A stretch of DNA of 26,319 nt from a virus (taxonomy: Duplodnaviria; Caudoviricetes): the IMG/VR virus record IMGVR_UViG_3300011337_000242, positions 1 through 26,319 of that record; one strand, 5' to 3'. A program made the position numbers and the translations under genes. Shown piece by piece: positions 8,988 to 18,505 of the stretch (positions within the stretch are counted from its first letter, which is position 1; each line of letters opens with the position of its first letter). The notes beneath the pieces were generated by a model. That model saw only the letters and a program-made list of their open reading frames with translations, searched no databases and had not been told where the DNA came from.

Positions 8988-9068
8988 CAAACTCGCCTGC
9001 CTATTCGTTGATGCCCAGACTAGAAAGACACAAAATCATCTGGTTCTTGATAGCGTTTGTGGTGTCTT
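8987..9068. ncRNA. candidate structured RNA (interleaved helices)
   Basis: Complementary pairs 8987-8992/9055-9060, 9015-9019/9039-9043, 9025-9031/9062-9068, 9035-9038/9048-9051 in a gap between convergent genes. Confidence 0.35.
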
Positions 9069-9077
9069 AACTTAATA

Positions 9078-9824
9078 TCACATCATACCTTTTGTCATAA
9101 ATGATGGACTAATTGGTCCTGATACTTGTTGAGCATCGTATTGTTCTTTTGTCATCATAGGTATCATTGACATTGGATTTGCAGGATTGCCGTTAAAATC
9201 AACATATTGAGTTTTATCAGGTTGTTGCATTGTGAATTCACCGCCTAAAGCCTGACCCGGAGTCAATCCACCATAGATATCACCAGGCTTATCTACTGGT
9301 TGTGATAAACTTGTGCCCGGTGGAGGTTCTCCATATCCTGGAATCAACATACCATTACTATCACGACCTGGTTCATTCGCAAATTGATTTGGTGGCTGTT
9401 GTGTTTGTTGTGGAGCAACAATTTGTTGTGGCTGTTGAAATACTGGATCAATAGTTGGTTGTTGCGGAGGAGGTGCAAACAATGAACTACTTTGTTCCAT
9501 TGGTTGTGTAACAACTGGAGTTGGCATCTGCATTTGTGTAGGTGGCAATCCAGTAGGTTGTTGCATAGTATTAGGCAAGCCGGCTGGAGGTTGCATTACA
9601 TTGGGCAAGCCCGTTGGAGCAACAGGTTGTTGTGGCAAGCCTGTTGGAGGTCTTAAACGAATTCCAGACTGCATTGGTCTACTCATTTGAGGTTGTGGAA
9701 TAGGACGACTTATCTGTTGAGCAATAGGTCTTTTTATTATAGGTGGAGCACTGGGCCTTGCCATAGACTGTGCTTGTCTTGGTTGTGACAATCTTATATT
9801 TCTATTTGTTGTTGAAAAGCCCAT
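9078..9824 (-). CDS. Pro/Gln/Met-rich low-complexity protein
   Basis: 248 aa, four P(T/A)GLP repeats, AAGGA RBS. Confidence 0.75.
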   Translation of the reverse strand: MGFSTTNRNIRLSQPRQAQSMARPSAPPIIKRPIAQQISRPIPQPQMSRPMQSGIRLRPPTGLPQQPVAPTGLPNVMQPPAGLPNTMQQPTGLPPTQMQMPTPVVTQPMEQSSSLFAPPPQQPTIDPVFQQPQQIVAPQQTQQPPNQFANEPGRDSNGMLIPGYGEPPPGTSLSQPVDKPGDIYGGLTPGQALGGEFTMQQPDKTQYVDFNGNPANPMSMIPMMTKEQYDAQQVSGPISPSFMTKGMM

Positions 9825-9832
9825 ATGTGTCC

Positions 9833-10264
9833 TTATGCTAATGTTGAATCAAGCATCCAAATACTTTTTGCTAAATCTAATATTTGGTCTTGTGCATAGT
9901 TTGCTATTTCTTTGTGACCTTCGTCTTCAGCAATAGCCATAAGTTCTTCGTATGTTCCTTTAAGTAGTTCCAAATCATCTCTTACTCCTGTTAAAAATCC
10001 GTCTGCATCTTCTTCAAAGATTGCTGTGCTTATTTCACTGTTGTTTAATACATCTTGTATTTCACAAGGCATATAATCATCTAGTGTTCGTAATAGTTCA
10101 CCAAGAATATCAATCTGTGCTTGTCGTCTTTCATAGACGCCTTGTAATAACTTATGGTCGCTACGGAAGTTACGACCCATAATGTTTATGTGCGCCACGT
10201 GGGCACGATAGTAAGCAACAAAGTTATTGTTGAATGTTTGTGTTAGTATTTCTTGTGTTGTCAT
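9833..10264 (-). CDS. Dps/ferritin-like protein
   Basis: HINIMGRNFRSDHKLLQGVYE...IDILGE fits the Dps ferroxidase H..H..D..E pattern; C-terminal KSIWML. Confidence 0.85.
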   Translation of the reverse strand: MTTQEILTQTFNNNFVAYYRAHVAHINIMGRNFRSDHKLLQGVYERRQAQIDILGELLRTLDDYMPCEIQDVLNNSEISTAIFEEDADGFLTGVRDDLELLKGTYEELMAIAEDEGHKEIANYAQDQILDLAKSIWMLDSTLA

Positions 10265-10265
10265 A

Positions 10266-12128
10266 TTAATCCTTTATTACTTTTCCAGTTTTTGCATCTC
10301 TAATAATAGTTCCCATTGGGGAAATGCCTGCGTTTCTTATTAAATCTTTTGGTATGTTTAGTGGAAAGACTGTAATCAATTTATCACCTTCTATATAACT
10401 TGCTCTTGGCACATCTTCTTGTAATGTTTTGAAAATCATTGCTTTATCATATGCATCTTTACTAGTGTATATTTCTCCAGTAGTTCCTTTACTTAGTAAA
10501 CTAATACCACTTGGTAGTTGTTCTTTTGGCACAATCATTTGACTTACATTAGGTGGTGCTTTTTTCGCTTGCCTTGCTTGACTTTTTTCAGCCTTTTTAG
10601 CAAGTTCAAGTTCTTTTGCTAATATTGATGCCTGTTTTCCCATTTCATTTAGTTGATTACTATACGCTTGACCTTCAGGAGTATCTGGAGTTAATCTATT
10701 AAATAGTGCTTCATCTCGTAAGTTAGTCATTTGATTATCAAGTGCCGTTAATTCTTTATCAATGATGTTAGATGAACGAATTGTTGTTTGTTCTACAGGT
10801 GCTTTAACAGTTGGTTGTGTTCTAACAACTGGGGCTGGTTTAGGTGTTTGTTGTTGAACAATCTGTTGAGTTTTTTCTAATGCTAATTGTTGTGGAGTGA
10901 CAGGTTGTGGTCTTGCTGTCTGACTATTAGTAGTATTAATTTGACTTGGCAACACTGCGCTTTGACCTTCAATATTAACTCGTCTGGACAAGTCAGGTGC
11001 TGTCATTACACTTGGAGGTAATTGTTGACCAGGACCTTGCACAGTCAATGGATAATTCATTGTTGCTGGATTCACTGGTCCGGGAGCAGGTGCTCTTGGT
11101 GCTGGAGCAGGTGGAGTTCCAGGCATAGGTCTTGCACCAGACTGATAATCTGCTAATCGTGTAGGTAAGTTAGGATCTAATCCTCTTCTTGCTAATATTG
11201 CATCGGCTGCGCCTTGAACACCTGCTAGTCCAGTTCTAGCGGCAGTTACTAATGGAACACCAGTAGTAAATAAACTACCAATATCAAGTGCGGCTGTAAA
11301 AGGATTGCGATATGTCTCACCTAATCGTTCTCCAAATGCTCTTGCTGCCTGACCTTGATATGGTATTTCACCGCCACTAAGTTTTAATGCTGTTCTTTCT
11401 ACAGCATTTCTTGGTAGTTGTTGTATTGGAACTTCAGTAGGCATTTGACCATAAGGCATTTCACCTCGTTCAAATCTTGCCATATCTTCTGGCAACATTA
11501 CAGTGTTTCTTAATGGTGCTCTACTACTTGGCACTTGATACCCAATTGGAACTTCACCTGGTTTAGCAATATATCCTGTTCCTCTACCTACTGCTCCACC
11601 TACTATATCAGTTGCTCCACCTGCTACATTTTTAACTCCACGACCTGCACTCATTAAGCCTTTTTCAGCAACAGTTCCTAGTCCTGAACCTATTAACATC
11701 TCAGGATCATACAATAATCCTTTAGCCATCTCACCTGCAACTCCTGCAGGATTCTCAGTAACGGCAGTGTATGCTTTTTGTGCTGATTCTACCGGATTAG
11801 TAGCAACATTATATGCTCCCTGCGCCATTTGACCAACTTTACCAGCAAGATTTTGACTACCTTGTTGTAGATTTTGTCTTGCTAGGTCAGGCCGTAACAT
11901 ACCAAACGGAGTTACTGATTGCATCGTTTGCAACATAGGTGCTAAGAATGATTTTTCAGCCCAATCTTTAACACTTACATCTTTGAATGGTTCTTTGAAC
12001 TTATCAAGTGCCGTAGGTTCCGGCTCATTAGAAAGCAGCCTTAATGTTCTATTAGATAATTTACTAAAATCATCATTGGCAATCGCTTCAAGTTCAGCGG
12101 TAGTTAGTTTACTATAATCTAGTGACAT
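10266..12128 (-). CDS. putative internal virion (DNA ejection) protein
   Basis: 620 aa, Gly/Ala-rich helical segments, follows the transglycosylase-bearing gene. Confidence 0.65.
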   Translation of the reverse strand: MSLDYSKLTTAELEAIANDDFSKLSNRTLRLLSNEPEPTALDKFKEPFKDVSVKDWAEKSFLAPMLQTMQSVTPFGMLRPDLARQNLQQGSQNLAGKVGQMAQGAYNVATNPVESAQKAYTAVTENPAGVAGEMAKGLLYDPEMLIGSGLGTVAEKGLMSAGRGVKNVAGGATDIVGGAVGRGTGYIAKPGEVPIGYQVPSSRAPLRNTVMLPEDMARFERGEMPYGQMPTEVPIQQLPRNAVERTALKLSGGEIPYQGQAARAFGERLGETYRNPFTAALDIGSLFTTGVPLVTAARTGLAGVQGAADAILARRGLDPNLPTRLADYQSGARPMPGTPPAPAPRAPAPGPVNPATMNYPLTVQGPGQQLPPSVMTAPDLSRRVNIEGQSAVLPSQINTTNSQTARPQPVTPQQLALEKTQQIVQQQTPKPAPVVRTQPTVKAPVEQTTIRSSNIIDKELTALDNQMTNLRDEALFNRLTPDTPEGQAYSNQLNEMGKQASILAKELELAKKAEKSQARQAKKAPPNVSQMIVPKEQLPSGISLLSKGTTGEIYTSKDAYDKAMIFKTLQEDVPRASYIEGDKLITVFPLNIPKDLIRNAGISPMGTIIRDAKTGKVIKD

Positions 12129-12131
12129 TGA

Positions 12132-14327
12132 TTAGTCTTTCTTTTTACGGCGTTCTAATTCTAGTTTTGCCTTTTGTTGTGCTGTTAACTCTACATTCGC
12201 TTCTGGTGCTGTGCCAGCACCTCCGCCTGCACTCATTTGAGAACCAGCATAACCTAATCTTCGTTTCAAATCATCACTGCGACTTTGTATCCACTCTTTA
12301 ACAAATGCAGGGTCACTACTTGCGTCTGGCTTAAATCTTGTCCAGAACTCCAAATCAACTGTGCTTGGATTAGTTCCTAATGCTTTCAATCCATCAGCCG
12401 CTAACTTTTGAACAGTGTCCATAATAGTTTTTGTATTTTTAGCATCAACTGTTTCAAACTGACTACCAATTGCTTGTGCAATAGGACCACGACCTGCAAA
12501 TCCACTTAATGCACTGCCAACATTGTGTTCGCCGCTGTCAAGTAAGCCAGTAATTTTGTTAATACTGTTTAACATATTTTGTGTATCAGCACTTGCCGCA
12601 ACTTGTTTTGCCGCATCAGTTATAATATCTTTTCTTGCACCTAATTCTGCTGCCGTTGGTCGTGGAGCCGCTGCCGCACTGGCCGCTGGAGATACAGGAG
12701 TTGCAGGTGCTCCTGCTGTGCCAGTAGTTGCAGGTGCACTACCTACTTGAGGAACATTAATCCCAACTTCACTTGGTTGCACGATTGGTAAGCCAGCGCC
12801 AGCCAGTTGTGAATTGTATGCACTAAGAATACGCATCTGTTCTTCAACTCCTTTGCCTTGAAGTTTAAGATTGATATCCTGAACAGTTCTTGCTCTTTGG
12901 TCTGTCAGAGTTCCTTGAACACCTGTCTTACGCAAACTATTTGCTTGTTCTTCTGTAGCAATTTTACCAGTGCCAACTTGACGATATTGACTACCGCCAG
13001 GTCTGCGTTCTAATACCCAGTTACCTGCAACTTTGCCAGACGGATCCATATAAGTTCCTGCTTCAACTTCAGTTCCTTTTTGTGTTGTTCCAAACTGTGT
13101 AGCAATAACTAATTCTTCTGCTGACAATTTCTTACCAGTTACAGCATTGTAGCCATCAATTGGTGTTCCATTAGCCGCTATTTTAACCATAGCAGGTTGA
13201 CCATTGATTTGAGTCATTGTTTCTTTACCAACACCCAACTTAGCGGCTTCTGCCATTGCACTATTTTCCATACCTATTAAACCAAAGAATGCGGCTTTCA
13301 AATAACTACCACCAGTTGTTTTTTCACGCAACATTTTAGCAATATCGCTTTCACTCATTGTAGGTATTTGACCTTTTGCATTTTCTAGTTCACGCTGTTG
13401 AGTGATTAGTTCGCTTGCACGATTCTTCATACGCTCACGCATCCAATCAGGCACTCCTACATTTTCATTTGTAAAAGCCATACTAATTAATGCTCGTGGA
13501 TTATCTTGGAACTGTTGATAGAAGTCAAATATTGGGCCTGCTGTTGTTGCTTGACCAATTGGTGCTTGTTTGATTCCTTGATTACCTTGTCCTGTGCCTA
13601 GTGCATACTTATTGCGTTCTTCCATCCCACCAAACTCATCAGTCTGTCCTTGAAATGTTGATGCTGGTGCAGGTTGTGGTTGTTGCGCGGGCATTGCCGC
13701 TGGATTAACAGGTAATGTGCTTGCTTGCGCTGATGGAATCATATTACCAACAGTTTGTCCAATCTTTTGCAAGTAACCTTGTGTTTCTTGTGGAAGTTGT
13801 CCAACATTCATTTGACCTTGATTCTGTCTAATGTTTTGTTGAACACGGCCAGGGCCTGCGTTATATGCCGCTGCCGCTTTTTGAGTATCACCACCAAACT
13901 GTTTTAACATTGCTTGATAGTATTCTTGACCTACACGATTGTATTCTTCAGGTGTTTGACTACTTGCTGGACGAATGCCATAGCCAGGCTGTGCCGCTGT
14001 TGCAGGCATAACTTGACTTGCAAACATAGCACCCTTAGGGCTTGTAACTGGTTGACCATTTGGTAAGAAGTTTTTATTGCCACTCTCAGCCTGTAGCATA
14101 CGCTTGTATGTTTCTTCTGGACTTACTGGTCCAGTAACTGTAGGTGTATTAGGATTCGCTGAACTTAGTGCTTCAGGTGTTCCTTTAATCGTAACTTCAC
14201 TTGTGCCGTCAGGATTATAAACTGTTGTTTGTTTTACAGGCTGGTTAGCGGCTTCACGAAGTCTGCGTTCTTCTTCAGATTCGTATTCACCGATAATATT
14301 GCCTAGTTGATCGTATTCGTATGCCAT
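12132..14327 (-). CDS. internal virion/ejection protein with SLT lytic transglycosylase domain
   Basis: QAESG (catalytic Glu), SPKGAMFASQVMPATA, AAAAYNAGPGRV. Confidence 0.88.
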   Translation of the reverse strand: MAYEYDQLGNIIGEYESEEERRLREAANQPVKQTTVYNPDGTSEVTIKGTPEALSSANPNTPTVTGPVSPEETYKRMLQAESGNKNFLPNGQPVTSPKGAMFASQVMPATAAQPGYGIRPASSQTPEEYNRVGQEYYQAMLKQFGGDTQKAAAAYNAGPGRVQQNIRQNQGQMNVGQLPQETQGYLQKIGQTVGNMIPSAQASTLPVNPAAMPAQQPQPAPASTFQGQTDEFGGMEERNKYALGTGQGNQGIKQAPIGQATTAGPIFDFYQQFQDNPRALISMAFTNENVGVPDWMRERMKNRASELITQQRELENAKGQIPTMSESDIAKMLREKTTGGSYLKAAFFGLIGMENSAMAEAAKLGVGKETMTQINGQPAMVKIAANGTPIDGYNAVTGKKLSAEELVIATQFGTTQKGTEVEAGTYMDPSGKVAGNWVLERRPGGSQYRQVGTGKIATEEQANSLRKTGVQGTLTDQRARTVQDINLKLQGKGVEEQMRILSAYNSQLAGAGLPIVQPSEVGINVPQVGSAPATTGTAGAPATPVSPAASAAAAPRPTAAELGARKDIITDAAKQVAASADTQNMLNSINKITGLLDSGEHNVGSALSGFAGRGPIAQAIGSQFETVDAKNTKTIMDTVQKLAADGLKALGTNPSTVDLEFWTRFKPDASSDPAFVKEWIQSRSDDLKRRLGYAGSQMSAGGGAGTAPEANVELTAQQKAKLELERRKKKD

Positions 14328-14330
14328 ATA

Positions 14331-15095
14331 TTATAGTCCTGGTATTTTAATGCCGCCTGCGCCGCCGATTTGTGAAGATCCAAATGAGCCGCCTACACCA
14401 AACTGTGAGCCACCACTAGTAGAACCAATAGTTCCTCTAAAATCAGGATTGTAACTTGTTGAAGGTGTTCCAAAGATAACACTTGCGTATTGATTGTATA
14501 ATTGTTGAGGAGTCATTGACGCCGTTACTTGTTGACCGGCTGCACCAAGTGCTTGACCAATACCGCCTTGACCTAATCCTGCTAATGTTTGTCCAACGCC
14601 CATTCTTTGTCCAGCAATATCTCTTTGAACTTGTGCGGCAGTTTGTGCTTGCAATGCGGCATTCTGACCTGCAAGTTGTTGACCTGCTAATGCTTGTCTT
14701 GCACTACCTAAATTGCCACTACCACCAAACTGTGCTTGTTGTGCCGCTAAGTTTTGTTGATATTGACTTTGTGCTGGTTGCAACGCTGACATAATTTGAT
14801 TTTTCTCATAATCAGGGCTGAACAAACTTTGTAATCCACTAATACCTGTGCGTAAAGCACTTTCACCAGTAGAACCTAGTGTTTGTTGTGCTTGATTTGC
14901 TATGCCACCTAAGTTTTGTGCGGCATTTAATACTCCACCAGCATTTTGATTGTATATTCCTGTTGCACCTTTAACAGCATCTTGGTATGTAGGGATAATT
15001 GTCCCTGTCATAAAGTCAGTTTGAGCAGAAATTGCGTCTTTCTGCTCTTGTGTCAGTTGTGGTGTCGTGTATGAACTTGATTTTCCGAAACTCAT
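14331..15095 (-). CDS. putative DNA ejection (pilot) protein
   Basis: 254 aa, Gln/Gly/Ala-rich; upstream of the SLT protein as in podovirus ejection clusters; AAGGA RBS. Confidence 0.7.
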   Translation of the reverse strand: MSFGKSSSYTTPQLTQEQKDAISAQTDFMTGTIIPTYQDAVKGATGIYNQNAGGVLNAAQNLGGIANQAQQTLGSTGESALRTGISGLQSLFSPDYEKNQIMSALQPAQSQYQQNLAAQQAQFGGSGNLGSARQALAGQQLAGQNAALQAQTAAQVQRDIAGQRMGVGQTLAGLGQGGIGQALGAAGQQVTASMTPQQLYNQYASVIFGTPSTSYNPDFRGTIGSTSGGSQFGVGGSFGSSQIGGAGGIKIPGL

Positions 15096-15115
15096 TGTAT
15101 GTTTCCTTATTATTG

Positions 15116-15121
15116 TATTTA
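15116..15121 (-). promoter_or_regulatory. TAAATA element upstream of ejection genes
   Basis: atacTAAATAcaat, overlaps TAA stop, followed by RBS. Confidence 0.6.
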
Positions 15122-18100
15122 GTATCTGTCAATAACTGGGTTCAATATGCTATTGACTTCTTGTTGTATTCTATTATATTCTGCCCAATCGCCATTTGTA
15201 GCGGCGGTTTGTAAATCTGTTGCCCAGTTAGGTCCTAACTTCTCACTAATCAGTTTGAATTGTGCATCAGTTGTTCCACCACTAGTAGTTGTTCCTGTAG
15301 TTGCAGCCGTTCCTTTATAAGATGGATTTAATCTAACTTGTCCATATGTAGGTGCTACAGGACCTTTTACATATTGTTCTTTTCGTGTAGCAGGAGCAAC
15401 TGTAGGTGTAGTTATTTCTCTACCTGCAATCATATCCTGTATCTGCTGACTTGTTAATGGTTTAGCAAGTTGTTGCAATCCAAATGGTGTGTTAGGTGCG
15501 GCCGCTTGATTATACAATACTTCATTAAATGTAGGTCCTGGCTGATATCCACCTTGACCCCAGTTAAACATACTTTGTGCTGGATCGTTTGTATTGTAAA
15601 ACGCAGTAGGAGCCATAAAGCCTGGATTTAGTCCAGTGCCCAACATAACATTACCTGTTATGTTTGCTATATTACTTACAGTATTAGATACATTGCTAAT
15701 AACATTGGTAGTAATGTTTGCGTTAGTCAATACATTAGCAACTATGTTAGCATTTGTTAATATGTTAGCAACCACATTAGCGTTAGTCAATACATTAGCA
15801 ATTACATTGGCATTGGTCAATATATTAGCAATGATGTTAGCATTTGTGTTACTGTTGCTATTGCTGATAACATTGCTGTTACTTAATATGTTAGCAATCA
15901 CATTAGCATTAGCCAATGTATTTGCTGTAATGATTAATGTATCAATATTAGCATTACCATTACTGACAGTGTTGCCAGTTGTAATAATGTTTGCTATGTT
16001 TGCCGTAGTATTGGCAACTATTACATTGGCAATATTACTTGCCACATTGCTTAGTGTATTTGCTGTGCTGTTGCTAATTGTTACATTGCTTATGTTGCTG
16101 ATACTATTGGTAATGTTGTTGACAATACTGTTACTAATATTGCTGTTAGTTACATTACTGATTACATTGCTTATGTTGCCCACAACCGTATTGCTTATGT
16201 TTGCGTTGCTTATAGTGCTGATAACATTACTGATTGTATTAGCAAAAGTATTGCTTATGGTTACATTGTTTAAGTTGCTGACACTATTGTTAATCGTGTT
16301 TACAATACTGTTGCTGATATTACCATCAGTAAACAGACTGATAACATTACTAATATTGTTTGCCTGAGTGTTGCTGATGATTGTGTTGCTAATGTTGCTT
16401 AAACTTTCAGTAATGTTTCCCACAGTTGTATTACTAATTTTTGTGTTTGCTATGTTTGACAACACATTGGCAATTGTGTTTGCGAATGTGTTACTGATAT
16501 TAGTGTTTGTAACATTACTTGTGCTGTTGCTAATATTGTTAGCAATGGTGTTTGCAATATTGCTTGTTGTTAGATTACTGTTAGTATTAGTAATCATATT
16601 TGTAGTTGCGTTGCCAACACTAAGATTACTTGTAGTTGTATCAATGTTTGCTACATTGCCCATAGTTGAATCTGTAATCGTTATGTTTCCAGTGCCAGGA
16701 ACTACAGGGCCACTAACGCCAGTTACATTACCTCCAGTAACATTAGATAAGTTTACATTAGCGTTTGATCCACTAGTAACTCCTGCTACATTCGCATCAC
16801 CCAATGTTACATTACTCATTGTTACATTGTTTGCACCTGAACCACCACTTAGATTTGCAACATTTGATCCACTAAAGTCAGTATCAAATATGTTTATATC
16901 ATTAGGATTAACTGCTCCAACATTTCCTCCAGTAAGTCCTGTAGTGCCAGTTGTATTAGTAACACCTGTTGTTGTTCCAGTGTCTAACCCTGTTAATAAT
17001 CCTGGGATATCATACTTGACCCATACTTGCTTACCATCTATTTCCATCAACATCGCAGGACCTTCAAAACTTCTATTGTCTTGCTCATCGTATCTGATTG
17101 ATGTTGCATCCGCATCTGCACTACTTGCTAATACATAACCTGCAGGAACATTAACATTGGCGGCGGCTGCTTGATCGCTTGTTATTGGAACACCAGAAAC
17201 ATCAATGGTAAGTCCACCACTACCACTCAAATCTACCATACCTGTTCCAGCGTCTGTTGTTACATTAGTGTTTGCTGATGCAACATTAGTGCCAGTTGAA
17301 ATATCTGTAACGATAGCGGGAAGAACGGTATCACCATTGCCAGTTACAACTGCTCCAGTGTTTGTATCTAAGTATGTATCATCGCCAATCTGCACTAAAT
17401 TACCTGTTCCATTAATAATATCGTTAATAACATTACCAGATCCTGTAGTAATATCTGTTATAACTGTGTTTGCTCCACCGCCAGTTAAATCTACAACAGG
17501 TATGTTTGCTCCAGTGCCAGCAACAATGTCAGGAGTGACTGGACCTGTAACTATACTAGTGTTTGCATATTCTGTAGGAACATAACCATCTAATAAACCT
17601 GTAGTTGTTGAACCACTGCCTGGTATTACAACTACACTATTGTTGTTTGTTCCATTGACTATACTGCCTGCATTGTTGCCAACATAATCTGATATCAATG
17701 TTGAATTGCCAGGTATTACACTTGCTGCCGCATCTGCCGCTGCCTGTGCATCTCTTGCTTGCTGTGCCCACATTGCTTCATTAGCCGCTCTTGCTGCCGC
17801 ATCTCTTTCATCTGCTTGTCGTTGCCATTCTGCGGCTTGTGCATCTGCTTGTGCTTGCCAGTCTGCTTGTTGTTGTGCGGCCAGTTGATCCCACTATGCT
17901 TGTTGTTCGGCGGCCGCGGCATCTGCTTGTTGCTGCGCCAATATGTCTGCGGCACTTGGACCTGTATCTACTGGTGTAATATCAGGAACGACAGGGCCAG
18001 TATCTACTGGTGTATTATCTACTACAGGAGGAACGAAATCATTATAGTTATAGTTGCCCGTTTCATCTACTGTATAGTTGCCTCCACCGCCGTAATCATA

Positions 18101-18481
18101 GTTGTCGCCACTACCATAGTCTTGTCCTACTGTGCCCGAACTATTATCGTCGCCTACTGATCCCCATAACTGAGAGGGATTATAACCTCCACTCCAATCA
18201 ACCTCAAAAACACTATTGCCACCACCGTAATCATAGTAATCATTATAACCACCGCCTCCAAAGTCCCAGCCACCATCGCCACCATCCTGATTGACAATGC
18301 CCCAAGTGTCATCACCAAACGCAAACTCAGGCAAGCCCGTAGCAGGATTGATAGTCCCACGACCACCCATTCTTTTTAGCATCTCTGCTTCTTCTGGGTT
18401 AATGTGTGCTAACATTGTGTCGCCATCACGACCCATCATTGCGAGTTGTTGCGGACTTATTGGTTTATTATTGTATGCCAT
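15119..18481 (-). CDS. ~1120-aa Asn-rich putative virion protein interrupted by one in-frame TAG (17894-17896)
   Basis: Track ORFs 17894..18481 and 15119..17773 share a frame; the 40 codons between them are open and continue the Q/A/W pattern; RBS (AAGGT) only at the 18481 start. Confidence 0.75.
15716..15844 (-). repeat. four 10-aa (30-bp) tandem coding repeats
   Basis: NANIIANILT NANVIANVLT NANVVANILT NANIVANVLT NAN. Confidence 0.9.
16019..16558 (-). repeat. nine degenerate 20-aa (60-bp) coding repeats
   Basis: ISNTFANTIANVLSNIANTK / ISNTTVGNITESLSNISNTI / ISNTQANNISNVISLFTDGN / ISNSIVNTINNSVSNLNNVT etc. Confidence 0.85.
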
Positions 18482-18499
18482 CTTTTTACCTTGTTCTTA

Positions 18500-18505
18500 T
18501 ATTTA
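18500..18505 (-). promoter_or_regulatory. TAAATA element upstream of the giant gene
   Basis: gcagTAAATAtaag, overlaps TAA stop. Confidence 0.55.

Noticed and set aside
8987-9068. Assignment to a known ribozyme class or tRNA
   Set aside because: No hammerhead CUGANGA/GAAA core, no cloverleaf, and junctions do not fit the canonical HDV/theta consensus; kept only as an unclassified candidate.
15700-16900. Diversity-generating retroelement template (AAY-rich)
   Set aside because: No reverse transcriptase and no TR/VR pair differing only at adenines; the AAY richness reflects Asn repeats.
15636-17585. Long Leu/Val-rich plus-strand ORFs (15636..16367, 16368..17138, 17205..17585) resembling membrane proteins
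   Set aside because: Antisense shadows of the Asn/Ile/Thr-rich minus-strand frame; no RBS or promoter.
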